NCBI GenBank assembly: GCA_038134595.1
Contig: JAYPVM010000002.1
Span: 32,001-96,000 of the forward strand
Direction: 5' to 3'
Length of the DNA stretch: 64,000 bases
Origin: Pseudomonadota bacterium
GTDB lineage: Bacteria; Bdellovibrionota_C; UBA2361; OMII01
The position numbers were made by a program, and so were the translations under genes. Below, in pieces: positions 20,215-30,219 of this stretch (its first letter is position 1; each line of letters opens with the position of its first letter). The notes below the pieces were generated by a model. That model did not search any database. It was not told where the DNA came from and saw only the letters and a program-made list of their open reading frames with translations.

Positions 20215-20406
20215 TTAATGAATAGTGTGTTCAGGGATCTTTGCCATATCTTGCCCCCCAACCTCAGCTTCTAAGTCACTGCAAAGCCTCGTTAGCATTT
20301 GAAATGCACGGGCTAGTGAATCCATTTCGTCGCACGTGATTTCAATGATTTCTGTGCACATTTGCTCGTCACTTAAGTCGTCGATGTTGCTTGGCCGTTT
20401 TCTCAT
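20215..20406 (-). CDS. Small acidic hypothetical protein (63 aa)
   Basis: GAGGAG SD before the ATG at 20406 (MRKRPSNIDD...), upstream sigma54-like promoter, downstream hairpin. Confidence 0.65.
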   Translation of the reverse strand: MRKRPSNIDDLSDEQMCTEIIEITCDEMDSLARAFQMLTRLCSDLEAEVGGQDMAKIPEHTIH

Positions 20407-20454
20407 GAACTCTCCTCGCATGTTGCTTCTCTATCCCTGTTCAAGAAGAAACTA

Positions 20455-20470
20455 TGCATTATGTGTTCCA
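20455..20470 (-). promoter_or_regulatory. sigma54 (-24/-12) promoter for the small 63-aa gene
   Basis: Minus strand TGGAACACATAATGCA matches GG-N10-GC, about 50 nt upstream of the start, with AT-rich sequence further upstream. Confidence 0.55.
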
Positions 20471-20816
20471 AGGTATCGGATGAAGGGGATGGAAAGCTTT
20501 AGCAATGGGTGCTTAAAGATTTTATGGAGAGATAAAAAATGAGATTGATTAGGTTGAGGATCCTAGGATCTTGTAAGAAGAGAGATAGATGGCTGAATAG
20601 ACCTGTGAATTTCTCATAAGAGTTGACTGTGGTTAGTCCTTTGGGCATACAAGAAGTATCGTGGTTCTTATACGAATTTCTCGGAGCGCTTAAAAAAGCG
20701 GCACATTTTTTCAAAAAAAATAAAGGATGCCGTTGGCTACGAGCGCAGACTGGTGTCGCTGTGTGTCATAGACCTGCCAGCTGTTAAAAATTTGACGAAA
20801 CCTTGGCGGGCAACTC

Positions 20817-21371
20817 TCAGTCGATTTGAGTGGCTTTGATAGCAAGGACTAAACCTTCGTTGCGGCCACAGTTGGTGCCCGTAATCACTGAATCCAAGGA
20901 GTTGAAGTGTAACCTCGTATTGAGAAGCTCTCGGCCGGTGTCGTCTTTCCAATTTAGCCATAGGCCAACTTTCTCACCCTTAACATACATGGGTCGGAAA
21001 AACAGCATCTGTCCGTTGGGAAGTTTTACGCTGTTTTTCTCCTTGATTAGGATGATTTCATCGCGAGCTGAGACGAGGTGAAAATGCGAAAACGGGAGTT
21101 GTAAGAGTTTGTCTTGGATATCTTCTAGGTCTCTATCAACAGACACAGTTATCTTTGTGGCTTCGCCTCGTTTCGACTGGACTGTGTATTGAATTGATTC
21201 ATCGGCGGGATCGGGTGTGTTGTTTGCCTCAATTGTCCGAACCGAAAATCGAATGTGTGTTTTGTTAGTGACAGATGACTGAGAAAAGGCGTTGTCGGCT
21301 TTTGTTATTAGCAGTGTAGCCACGAGAAGAAACGCATAGCAAATTGATGATGGTTTCGTCATTGGATTCAT
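20817..21371 (-). CDS. Exported hypothetical protein, third gene of the ECF sigma cluster
   Basis: Signal-peptide-like N-terminus, beta-rich body, GAGG SD; tightly linked to the anti-sigma-like gene. Confidence 0.7.
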   Translation of the reverse strand: MNPMTKPSSICYAFLLVATLLITKADNAFSQSSVTNKTHIRFSVRTIEANNTPDPADESIQYTVQSKRGEATKITVSVDRDLEDIQDKLLQLPFSHFHLVSARDEIILIKEKNSVKLPNGQMLFFRPMYVKGEKVGLWLNWKDDTGRELLNTRLHFNSLDSVITGTNCGRNEGLVLAIKATQID

Positions 21372-21377
21372 TGCCTC

Positions 21378-22130
21378 TTACTTGTCGATGATGGTGGGGA
21401 GAGTTGCGCGGGGTTGGTTTCCAAGGGTTGGTCGAGCGTTGTCTACAAGAGGAGTGGGTGTGAAGTCTTTGTGTAAAGGGTTGAATTTTTGCGCAGAGGA
21501 CGTATCTCGTGTGATCCATATAATCGTAGAGGAGCCCGAAGGATCGGGAATAAGATGTAGAGCATCCTCAGATCGCATCCAATCGACCCTAAACGATTCT
21601 GGAATCTGACGCCCGATTCGAGGGATTTCAAAAGTAGGCGAGTGCGCATTCGATCGTGCTGAGATTGGCTGAACGACTGATGCGCGTCCGAGGCTTGGCC
21701 GTTGCGGGATAGATGAGGACTCAGGTGGAGGGGAGTTGAAGGTTATGAGCGCGATGGTTGCAACAGCGGCTCCCGCTGTGCCACCTACCCATGTGGTATA
21801 ATTACTTATGAGAGCGTCCCACAGATTCGGCCTTTCAACTGACCTCCGAGCTCCAAGGTATAGCTCTGTTCTGCTTTCTTCGGCTATTCTTTGCTCTATT
21901 CTGTCCCAGAGATCCACAGGTTTTGCTGTGAGAGGTTTGCCGCTGTTAATTGCATCCTGAATTGTTTCTAAGTTCTGAATAAACACCCTTGCGAGCGTTT
22001 TTTTTGCGAGGAGCCTCTTAGCGCGCCACGAAGAAATAATTCCACATTCGCCATCGAAGAATCGAGAGAGTATTACTTGTTCTGAATCTGAAAGTTTTTC
22101 TTCAATCGTCATCGTTTCATTATCCTTCAT
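21378..22130 (-). CDS. Putative membrane anti-sigma factor (RseA-like)
   Basis: 'LSRFFDGE' N-terminal anti-sigma motif, 'DLWDRIEQRI', single TM helix; directly downstream of the ECF sigma. Confidence 0.75.
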   Translation of the reverse strand: MKDNETMTIEEKLSDSEQVILSRFFDGECGIISSWRAKRLLAKKTLARVFIQNLETIQDAINSGKPLTAKPVDLWDRIEQRIAEESRTELYLGARRSVERPNLWDALISNYTTWVGGTAGAAVATIALITFNSPPPESSSIPQRPSLGRASVVQPISARSNAHSPTFEIPRIGRQIPESFRVDWMRSEDALHLIPDPSGSSTIIWITRDTSSAQKFNPLHKDFTPTPLVDNARPTLGNQPRATLPTIIDK

Positions 22131-22169
22131 AGTTGTAACCTGAAGCTATAAATTGCACCAGACCACTGT

Positions 22170-22847
22170 CTAGCCCACCTCTTCTCTGCCCTCAGGGGTA
22201 AAGTCAGAAAGTGCTTTTTGCAGTGCTTTGCGAGCATAAAAGAGCCGACTCATCACGGTGCCTCGCGGAACCCCTAATCTCTGCGCGATTTCGTCATAAT
22301 CTAAGCCATCAACCTCTCGTAATGTTATAACTGCTCGATGTTCCTCCGATAGCTGGGAGATCACCTTCTCGATTTTTGTTCCGGTTTCCTTTCGGGTAAG
22401 AGCCTCAAACGGATCCTCCATTCGCCCACTACCAATCCCAGGACCTTCGGGCACTAGACCCATCGTAGGGGGGGGCGAAGAACGTTCTTCGCCGATACGG
22501 GGTGAGACGTCTCTTTGTTCCTTATATTCAAAGTGATAGCCACCACGACGCTTTAGCTTGCGCTTTAAATCCAGAGCCATGTTGAACGTAATTCTATACA
22601 ACCAGCTAAATATGGACGACTCGCCTTTGAATTTCGATAACGAAAAGAATGCCTTAACGAAGGTCTCTTGCACAACATCCTCAGCATCCTCTCGGTTTTT
22701 TACTATATCGTATGCAACTACAAAAAGGCGGTCTTGGTACCGTTCTACGAGCTGTTGATATGAGCGTCGATTGCCCGCTAGGGTCTCAGCAACCAATTCC
22801 TCATCTGTAGGTGAGTTCTGTTTGTTAAGAGGTATGCGCTTGCCCAT
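22170..22847 (-). CDS. ECF RNA polymerase sigma factor (RpoE/sigma24-like)
   Basis: Region 2 'DAEDVVQETFVKAF..FSWLYRITFN' and region 4 'REVDGLDYDEIA..GTVMSRLFYARK'; likely start MGKRIP at 22847. Confidence 0.93.
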   Translation of the reverse strand: MGKRIPLNKQNSPTDEELVAETLAGNRRSYQQLVERYQDRLFVVAYDIVKNREDAEDVVQETFVKAFFSLSKFKGESSIFSWLYRITFNMALDLKRKLKRRGGYHFEYKEQRDVSPRIGEERSSPPPTMGLVPEGPGIGSGRMEDPFEALTRKETGTKIEKVISQLSEEHRAVITLREVDGLDYDEIAQRLGVPRGTVMSRLFYARKALQKALSDFTPEGREEVG

Positions 22848-22901
22848 AACGATATGAAAGCACACTGGGTAGCATGTCTCAACCATGATGGAGCTAAAAA
22901 G

Positions 22902-23603
22902 ATGAATGCCGAGTTAACATCCCCCCGTTTTGATTCACGGATAGTCGCTGGGGCCGTGCTTGCCAAGCTGGTAAGTCAACAGAACTTTAAGGCTGAGGTG
23001 GTCGTAATAGGGCTAACGAGAGGGGGGATGCCTGTTGCCCAACAGGTGGCCAGGCAGTTAGACCTTCCGGTTCATCCGTTGGTGGTTCGAAAGATAGGCG
23101 CGCCCCTTAATCCGGAATTAGCTTGTGGAGCCATCGCATCTGGTGGGGTAGTTGTTTGGAATGAATCAATCTGCGCCAATATTGGTTTATCTTCAAAGGA
23201 GAGAGAGACTCTACGGAAGCAAGCTTTAGCTGACCTCGAAGAGCGGGCAAGCGAAATCGGAGCGAGCTTGACGTCGATTGAGCAGTTTCGGGATAAATCA
23301 ATTATTTTAGTTGATGATGGGATCGCGACCGGAGCTAGTATTAGAGTCGCTGTCAAAGCATTGTTGACATGTGGTCCCCGCGAGGTGTGCATCGCAGTTC
23401 CTATCGCCCCTAGGGGAGTCGTTCAAGATCTGAGCTCTATTCCCAAGTGCAGTGTTCTCTGCGTTCATCAAGTAGACGATCTGGAGTTTGGAAGCGTCGG
23501 CCAGTGGTACAAAGATTTCACCCAAGTGGAGAGTAAAACGTGTCGTGAGATCGCACGCTCTCACCCACAAGCTCCCGAAAGCTATGTACCTGAGGCTCTT
23601 TGA
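22902..23603 (+). CDS. Type I phosphoribosyltransferase family protein
   Basis: 'GLTRGGMPVA', 'VRKIGAP.NPELA.GA', PRPP motif 'ILVDDGIATGAS', 'VGQWYKDF.QV'; GGAG SD before ATG at 22902. Confidence 0.9.
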   Translation: MNAELTSPRFDSRIVAGAVLAKLVSQQNFKAEVVVIGLTRGGMPVAQQVARQLDLPVHPLVVRKIGAPLNPELACGAIASGGVVVWNESICANIGLSSKERETLRKQALADLEERASEIGASLTSIEQFRDKSIILVDDGIATGASIRVAVKALLTCGPREVCIAVPIAPRGVVQDLSSIPKCSVLCVHQVDDLEFGSVGQWYKDFTQVESKTCREIARSHPQAPESYVPEAL

Positions 23604-23646
23604 AAGGGGTGAAAGTCATCGCCACAGGATAAGCGGCCAAAACTTT

Positions 23647-26385
23647 TTATGACTGCGCCTCTTGCCAATTGTATCCTTTGCCTGCGTCGACCTTTAATGG
23701 CACCGAGAGTTTCATGACAGATTCCATGCACGAGGCGATATCTGAAACAAGTTGTTGATTCGAGCCTTCACCCTTGTCGACTGCTTCAATCAGAAGCTCA
23801 TCATGGATTTGCAGAACAAGTTTCGCATCGGGATATTTACTCGTCAGTAGCTTATCGACATCGATCATTGCTAGTTTTATAACGTCAGCAGCCGATCCTT
23901 GTAGGGGAGCATTTATTGCAGCTCGCATGGCAAAGCCCTGGTCTCGTCCCGATGTATTTAAAGAGCCCATAAATCGTTTTCTGCCAAAAATAGTTTCGAC
24001 CTCTCCGCTTGTGAGAGCCACTTCTTCGATTCCTGAAAAATAGGTTTTGACCTTTGGGTATCGAGCGAAGTAACTGGAGATATAGGCACTTGCCTCACCA
24101 ACAGGAATACCGAGATCCTTTGCAAGTCGAAATTGCCCCATACCGTATACGATACCGAAGTTAATAGTCTTGCCAATTCTGCGCATCTCACTGGTGAGCT
24201 CTTCGTCAGAGGATAATCCTAGGATCTCTCGTGCTGTGCTCGCGTGTATGTCTTGGTCGGCATTAAAGGCGGCGATAAGATTTTCATCGCCACTTAAATG
24301 AGCTAGTAATCGTAGCTCTATCTGAGAATAATCAGCGCTTATGTAAAAGTTGCCTTGCTCAGGAATAAAAGCCGTTCGTATGCGACGTCCTGCCGCGCTC
24401 TGCACTGGTATGTTCTGTAGGTTCGGGTCAGAGCTCGAAAGGCGTCCCGTACCGGTGATGGTTTGATTGAGTCGAGTGTGAATGCGATTAGTTTTTGGGT
24501 TGATTTGTTGTCTTAGCGCATCTGTATATGTCGACTTTAATTTGTGTAGGCTTCTATATTCAAGAATAAGTGCAGGAAGGGTGTGGGATTCAGCAAGCTT
24601 CTCAAGAACAGAGGAGTTCGTTGAGAGGCCTGTTTTTGTTTTCTTTACTCCCTTAGTCGGAATCCCCAATCTGTTGAAGAGAACGTCTGCTAATTGCTTG
24701 GGTGAGTTGATATTAAAGGGGCCACCCGCTTCTTTAGTAATTTGAGTCTCAAGAGAGGCTAGCTGCTCAGCAAATTCAGACGACATGTCGCGCAACGCGA
24801 CCTCATCGACTTTGACTCCAGCGCATTCCATTTTGGAAAGAATTGGAATAAGAGGCACTTCTAGTTCGCTGAATACTCGCAATAGGCCGCGCTCCTCAAT
24901 CAGAGGGAGAAGCATTTCCTTTAGAAGCCACGCGTAATGAGCATCCTGTGCCGCATAATTGGTTGCATCTTCGATAGAGACAGCGGCAAAGCTATCTTTG
25001 TCCTGCGTCACCTCGTCGTATTCGATTACTGAGCGGTTGAGGAAGTCTGCCGCGAGAGCGGTTAGATTGAAGTTCCTGCCATCTGGATTGAGTAGGTATG
25101 CGGCGACCATTGAATCAAACGTAACGCCTTGGACTGATATTCCATTCTGCTCTAAAACACTGATGTCATATTTGATGTTTTGACCGCACTTGGCGACATC
25201 AGGGTTGGTAAAGATCTCTCTCATACTTGAGGAGAATTTTTGCCACGTCACTTGGTTCTCTCCCGTTAGATGATTGCAAGGGATATAGTAGGCTTCGTCT
25301 TGATTCCAACAAAAAGAGGCGCCAACTACCGTAGCTTGGTGGACATCGAGGGACGTTGTTTCTAAATCAAATGCAAATTCTCGCTGGCCTTTGATAGTCG
25401 ATACCCACGAGTCAAAATCGTCTGCATAGATGGTCCTATACGAAGCGCTTTCAGCCGAGGAATTGCGGCTCGCCTTGGAGAGGATAGAGGATAACTCTTT
25501 GAAGAGAGATTGAAATTCGAATTTATCAAACAGCTCACTTAGATGATCGGCATCAATATCTCGGCGTGTTAGAAGAGAGTCGATGTCGTCAGTCCCTTCG
25601 GCAAAGGTTTCAAGCGGGACATCGGAAGCGACCTCTACTAATTTTCTGGCAAGTCGCAGTCTGTCGAGATTGTCGGCTATGTTTTGACTTATTTTTGCCC
25701 GATTTCTGATCGACTTATCATCTTTGATTGTGTCTAAGGCAGAGATTACTCCCTCAACGGTGGTGTATTTTTGCACGAGTTGAGCTGCGGTTTTTGGCCC
25801 TACGCCATCCACACCGGGGATATTGTCAGATGCGTCACCGGTCAGTGCGAGGATTTCTGTGACTTGCTCGGGAGTGACACCGAATTTTTCAACTACCTGA
25901 TCAGGGCCGTAATGCTTGTCCTTCATTGTGTCCCAGATGGCGACACTATCTGAAACTAACTGCATGAGATCTTTGTCGCCCGATACGATGACAACAGGAT
26001 TGTTTTCTTCGGATAACTTCGCCGTAAGGGTCGCAATAATATCATCAGCCTCATATCCTGGGCATTGAAGGACGGGCAGCCCTAGTGCTTGCGAGATGTC
26101 TCGAAAGTAGGGCATCTGCTGAGCGAGCTCGGGGGGACATTCGTCTCGATTCGCCTTGTATTCTGGATAAAGATCGTTGCGAAATGTTTTTTTGCCAGCA
26201 TCGAATATCATGGCAACTCGAGATGAATTTGCCGCCGCTAGAGTTTTGAGAGTCATTTTAATAAAGCCGTAGAGGGCGTTAGTTGGGAACCCCTCTTTGG
26301 TAGAGAGTGATTGGATGGCATAGAAAGCTCTAAAGATGTAGCCGGAGCCGTCTATAAGGTAGGTAGTGTGCTGTTCTGTCGTCAT
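23647..26385 (-). CDS. polA: DNA polymerase I
   Basis: 5'-3' exonuclease 'LIDGSGYIFRAF..EADD', 3'-5' exonuclease 'FDLETT', polymerase 'ADYSQIELR', 'KTINFGIVYG', 'QIHDEL'. Confidence 0.98.
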   Translation of the reverse strand: MTTEQHTTYLIDGSGYIFRAFYAIQSLSTKEGFPTNALYGFIKMTLKTLAAANSSRVAMIFDAGKKTFRNDLYPEYKANRDECPPELAQQMPYFRDISQALGLPVLQCPGYEADDIIATLTAKLSEENNPVVIVSGDKDLMQLVSDSVAIWDTMKDKHYGPDQVVEKFGVTPEQVTEILALTGDASDNIPGVDGVGPKTAAQLVQKYTTVEGVISALDTIKDDKSIRNRAKISQNIADNLDRLRLARKLVEVASDVPLETFAEGTDDIDSLLTRRDIDADHLSELFDKFEFQSLFKELSSILSKASRNSSAESASYRTIYADDFDSWVSTIKGQREFAFDLETTSLDVHQATVVGASFCWNQDEAYYIPCNHLTGENQVTWQKFSSSMREIFTNPDVAKCGQNIKYDISVLEQNGISVQGVTFDSMVAAYLLNPDGRNFNLTALAADFLNRSVIEYDEVTQDKDSFAAVSIEDATNYAAQDAHYAWLLKEMLLPLIEERGLLRVFSELEVPLIPILSKMECAGVKVDEVALRDMSSEFAEQLASLETQITKEAGGPFNINSPKQLADVLFNRLGIPTKGVKKTKTGLSTNSSVLEKLAESHTLPALILEYRSLHKLKSTYTDALRQQINPKTNRIHTRLNQTITGTGRLSSSDPNLQNIPVQSAAGRRIRTAFIPEQGNFYISADYSQIELRLLAHLSGDENLIAAFNADQDIHASTAREILGLSSDEELTSEMRRIGKTINFGIVYGMGQFRLAKDLGIPVGEASAYISSYFARYPKVKTYFSGIEEVALTSGEVETIFGRKRFMGSLNTSGRDQGFAMRAAINAPLQGSAADVIKLAMIDVDKLLTSKYPDAKLVLQIHDELLIEAVDKGEGSNQQLVSDIASCMESVMKLSVPLKVDAGKGYNWQEAQS

Positions 26386-26554
26386 TGCCGGAGGTTACGA
26401 ACCTACGCGGTCAGAGTCAATAAAGATATGCGGTGTCGACTATGAAGTGCATCGATAACCTCCGCTGCTGCTCACTAAACAGCGGCGCAGAACTCGCTGT
26501 TGAATGATACCTGGTGAGTCCGTGTTGATAAGAAGATAAGGGGAGGATTGTAAT

Positions 26555-26588
26555 TGCAGATGAGGCATTTTTAAAAACCTCATCTGCA
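26555..26588. terminator. 11-bp perfect hairpin downstream of the zf-HC2 gene
   Basis: TGCAGATGAGG...CCTCATCTGCA inverted repeat about 20 nt after the stop codon. Confidence 0.5.
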
Positions 26589-26609
26589 CGCTTTCTTTTG
26601 AAATGGCTT

Positions 26610-26915
26610 TTATGCAATCAGAGGAAGATTGATTCCAAGGCGGTCATTGAGAGCTTTCCGTAATCTGTTTTGCACCGCGATTGGAAGAGGTTTATCTTCT
26701 TTGCCGAGTGTTGCCGCTGAGTCAACCACATGCTTATAGGAAGCGTAAAAAGACGCGCAGGCCGAACAGTCGTCAAGATGATTCTCTATCGCTACTTTTT
26801 GCTCTAATGGAAGATCCTTGTCGACAAAGTCCCCAAGGTGAGCAACGACGTCCTCGCAATTAAAGAGTTGGCAGTGAGGATTCTGAGTTTGCAAAGGATA
26901 AAGTCTTTCGTTCAT
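26610..26915 (-). CDS. zf-HC2 (ZAS) zinc-binding anti-sigma factor domain protein
   Basis: 'NCEDV..HLGDFVD.DL' plus HxxxCxxC ('HLDDCSAC'); soluble, no TM. Confidence 0.85.
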   Translation of the reverse strand: MNERLYPLQTQNPHCQLFNCEDVVAHLGDFVDKDLPLEQKVAIENHLDDCSACASFYASYKHVVDSAATLGKEDKPLPIAVQNRLRKALNDRLGINLPLIA

Positions 26916-27207
26916 TCTGGATGCCCTATAAAAAATACACCGATCATGTTTGCTAGGAGAGCGTACCCAAACCTTGGTAGTAACCTTATCTTCCCTGTTC
27001 TACACACTGATATCACAACGGATACTGCAGAGAACTACTATGAACCAACCTGTAAGCTGTCACTTGGTACGTCTCGTGACCTTCTAAGTATATTTGATTC
27101 ACAAGGGATAAAATCGATGCAAATTTGTTACAAAATTTTAAAAAAATTATGACAATTCTTATATATCTAGTTATTCTAGCCACTTGGCTGGGCGCGCGAG
27201 CCTAAGT

Positions 27208-27897
27208 TTAGGCCACAAATTTATACCCGACACCGTGCACCGTTAGAATATGACGTGGCGTATCGATGTTTGCCTCGATTTTTTGTCGTAGTCTAGCTAT
27301 GTGATTGTCTACCGTGCGTGTCGTAGGATAGGAGTTATATCCCCATACCTCGTCAAGTAGCTCATCTCTTGTGACCACGTTACCCTGTTTTGAAATAAGG
27401 TAGCGTAAAAGCCTGTATTCGCGAGCGGATAGGTCAATCGGATCGTTGTTTCGGTGTGCTCGATAGGCTTTGAAGTCTACTACTACGTCTGAAAATTGAA
27501 TTTGGTCAATATTTGCAGTACGTTGGATTCTTCTAAGCAACGCTTTAACGCGAGCGATGAGTTCGAGCATTCCAAAAGGTTTTCCAAGATAATCATCTGC
27601 ACCTAAATCTAGCCCGAGCACTTTATCTACTTCGCTGTTGCGAGCTGTTAACAGAATCAATGGGGTGGAGATGCCCTTTATACGGAGCTCCCGACACGTT
27701 TGAAGCCCGTCTTTCTTGGGCATCATCACGTCCATAATGATAAGATCTGGCTTGTGATTGTTGACTATCTCAATACCCGCTTCCCCGTCTTCGGCCGTAA
27801 TAACTTGGAATCCTTCAAGTTCTAAGTTCATGACTAGACTCTTGCGCACTAGTTCTTCGTCTTCGATGACGGCTATCGTAAATCCTTGTCCGTACAT
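27208..27897 (-). CDS. OmpR/PhoB-family DNA-binding response regulator
   Basis: REC domain 'IEDE..DVMMP..LTAR..GADDYLGKPF' and winged helix 'TRTVDNHIARLRQKIE..ILTVHGVGYKF'. Confidence 0.95.
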   Translation of the reverse strand: MYGQGFTIAVIEDEELVRKSLVMNLELEGFQVITAEDGEAGIEIVNNHKPDLIIMDVMMPKKDGLQTCRELRIKGISTPLILLTARNSEVDKVLGLDLGADDYLGKPFGMLELIARVKALLRRIQRTANIDQIQFSDVVVDFKAYRAHRNNDPIDLSAREYRLLRYLISKQGNVVTRDELLDEVWGYNSYPTTRTVDNHIARLRQKIEANIDTPRHILTVHGVGYKFVA

Positions 27898-28264
27898 TCC
27901 TTCCTTTTCCTCGTTGCCTTGAAACTTGGGGGTAAAAAGAGTTCTTGTCCTCTTTGATCTACTGTATCGCAGATGAGGTCCCTAACATAATGTAAGTCCT
28001 TATCCCGCACACTTGCTTTTCAGGGGCTAGATCTGTATCTTTCCCTGACTGTGTGCTAGACTTTATTACTTTCAGGTGGTTACTGCCAAGAGGAATCTCT
28101 CAAGTTTTGGCGAGAAAATTATCTGGGTACATGAAGTTGGCGATTATGGATTGCGACAGAATGCGTTCCATTAGCAGAATGAGCCCCCAAGGAATCAATA
28201 ACAATGTAGATGGGTTCCGGTTTATTTTTACTGTGCGTAAGCGATAGTTAGTGTGGTTAGTGTT

Positions 28265-28636
28265 ATGACAAAGAGTAGTGATTCTTCAGAGAAGAAAACA
28301 ACGGAGCCTCAAGCTTTTGCGGTGGTTCGAACGTGTGGAAAGCAGTTTCGAGTTATTCCGGGCATGAAGATTTCCATCGATCAGCAGGAAGGGAATCCGG
28401 GCGACACCGTAACGTTTACAGACGTTGTTATGGCCGGTACTACTGGAGGAAGCGATGTTAAGGTGCTCGGCGGCGAAGACAAGTCGTTAGGTGTCACGGT
28501 GACCGGAAAGCTAGTCGGACACAAGAAAGACAAGAAGGTAATTATCTTTAAGAAGCGTCTCAAGGGTGGATACACCAAGAAACAAGGGCACAGACAAGCT
28601 AAGAGTGAAGTTTTAATTGAGAGCGTAGCGTTATAA
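28265..28636 (+). CDS. rplU: 50S ribosomal protein L21
   Basis: '[13 protein letters not shown]', '[18 protein letters not shown]'; upstream of rpmA. Confidence 0.95.
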   Translation: MTKSSDSSEKKTTEPQAFAVVRTCGKQFRVIPGMKISIDQQEGNPGDTVTFTDVVMAGTTGGSDVKVLGGEDKSLGVTVTGKLVGHKKDKKVIIFKKRLKGGYTKKQGHRQAKSEVLIESVAL

Positions 28637-28695
28637 TTGATGTTACGTAACAGATGCGAAAGAGTTCGATTTTAGACGGATAAAAGAGGCAAGTC

Positions 28696-28947
28696 ATGGC
28701 ACATAAGAAAGCGGTAGGTAGTACCAAGAACGGACGAGATAGTCGCGGTAAGCGATTGGGTGTTAAGAAGTACGGTGGAGAAGAGGTTCGTGCAGGTAAT
28801 ATTTTGGTGCGACAGCGGGGTAGTACATTCCATGCTGGTCCAAATGTAGGCACAGGCCGTGATTATACGTTGTTTGCGCTTGTTGATGGCGTTGTCGAAT
28901 TCAAGCAAGGCTTGCGCCAGTACATATGCGTTAAGCCAGCGGCGTAA
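28696..28947 (+). CDS. rpmA: 50S ribosomal protein L27
   Basis: '[40 protein letters not shown]'. Confidence 0.98.
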   Translation: MAHKKAVGSTKNGRDSRGKRLGVKKYGGEEVRAGNILVRQRGSTFHAGPNVGTGRDYTLFALVDGVVEFKQGLRQYICVKPAA

Positions 28948-28976
28948 CGTCGATACCTTTTTTGGTATTCAAAGAG

Positions 28977-29017
28977 GGAGTTGAGACTACATGTGATGTG
29001 CTCAACTCCTTTTTTTT
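28977..29017 (+). terminator. Rho-independent terminator between rpmA and obgE
   Basis: GGAGTTGAG...CTCAACTCC stem followed by a run of Ts. Confidence 0.8.
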
Positions 29018-29050
29018 GTTTCTTTATTTGATTGTTTGGCTACGGGTGCG

Positions 29051-30106
29051 ATGAAATTTATCGATGAAGCAGTAATTGAGGTGAAGGCAGGAAACGGTGG
29101 TGCCGGCTCTCGTCACTTTCGTCGTGAGAAGTACGTCCCCATGGGAGGGCCTGATGGCGGAAATGGGGGAAAGGGTGGCTCCATTATTCTTCGCGCCGAT
29201 GCCAATGTTCACACCTTACTTGATTTGAAGTTTAAGCCGATGTGGCAGGCTAAGCATGGCGAATCGGGCTCGGGCGGTCGAAAGGATGGAAGATCTGGCG
29301 ATGATATCATTGTCAAAGTGCCGGTAGGAACACAGGTGTTTCGGTATGACCAGGAAGAGCGTGCCGTTGGGGAGCTGGTAGTTGACCTAGAGAGCGCCGA
29401 CAGTGAATGTGTGATAGCGAAGGGCGGTCGCGGTGGTAGAGGAAATTGTTTCTTTAAATCTGCAACGAATCAAGCGCCCGATTATGCACAGCCTGGAGAA
29501 GAGGGTGAGGTTGGAGCGTTCCGACTCTCCCTTAAGCTTGTAGCCGATGTGGGATTGTTGGGATTGCCTAATGCGGGTAAATCAACGTTGATCTCACGGA
29601 TTTCTGCGGCCAAGCCAAAGATAGCTGAGTATCCATTCACGACACTGGTGCCAAACTTAGGGGTAGTGAAGGCAAAGGGCGGACGAAACTTTGTGGTGGC
29701 GGATATTCCTGGGTTAATACCCGGTGCAAGCGAAGGAAAGGGCCTTGGGATTCGCTTTTTAAAACATGTGGAACGGACCAAGATATTAGCCCATCTTCTT
29801 GACCTTTCTCAGCTTGACGATAGTGGAAATCCTGTGGCACTCGAAGGGGTGTTTGATGCGATTAATACAGAGCTTGCCTTGTTTGCTGAAGAGGTTGCCG
29901 CACGTCCTCAGGTGGTTGTGTTGTCAAAAGTGGATGCGGTCGCTTCGCCAGACCTAGCGGAACGTTACGTAGAATATTTCACGAAGCGGGGTTATCCAGT
30001 CATCGTGCTAAGCAGCGTCACGGGTCAAGGAATAGAGGAGCTTATCGAGGCTCTGGCTTCTAGCATATTTGACACCGTGAGATCTTCCTCCGAGGATTCT
30101 CTCTAA
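29051..30106 (+). CDS. obgE: GTPase ObgE/CgtA
   Basis: 'MKFIDEA..GGPDGGNGGKGG', G1 'GLPNAGKST', 'YPFTTL', 'DIPG'. Confidence 0.97.
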   Translation: MKFIDEAVIEVKAGNGGAGSRHFRREKYVPMGGPDGGNGGKGGSIILRADANVHTLLDLKFKPMWQAKHGESGSGGRKDGRSGDDIIVKVPVGTQVFRYDQEERAVGELVVDLESADSECVIAKGGRGGRGNCFFKSATNQAPDYAQPGEEGEVGAFRLSLKLVADVGLLGLPNAGKSTLISRISAAKPKIAEYPFTTLVPNLGVVKAKGGRNFVVADIPGLIPGASEGKGLGIRFLKHVERTKILAHLLDLSQLDDSGNPVALEGVFDAINTELALFAEEVAARPQVVVLSKVDAVASPDLAERYVEYFTKRGYPVIVLSSVTGQGIEELIEALASSIFDTVRSSSEDSL

Positions 30107-30219
30107 GGAATCTTCTGTCGAAGTAAGTCGTAGAGGGACGGGGGCTTTTGTTCGGTATTGCTTGATAAAACACATTTGAGATGTAGAGAGAGCTCTTCGG
30201 TTTGTGTTGAAAGATTCTT

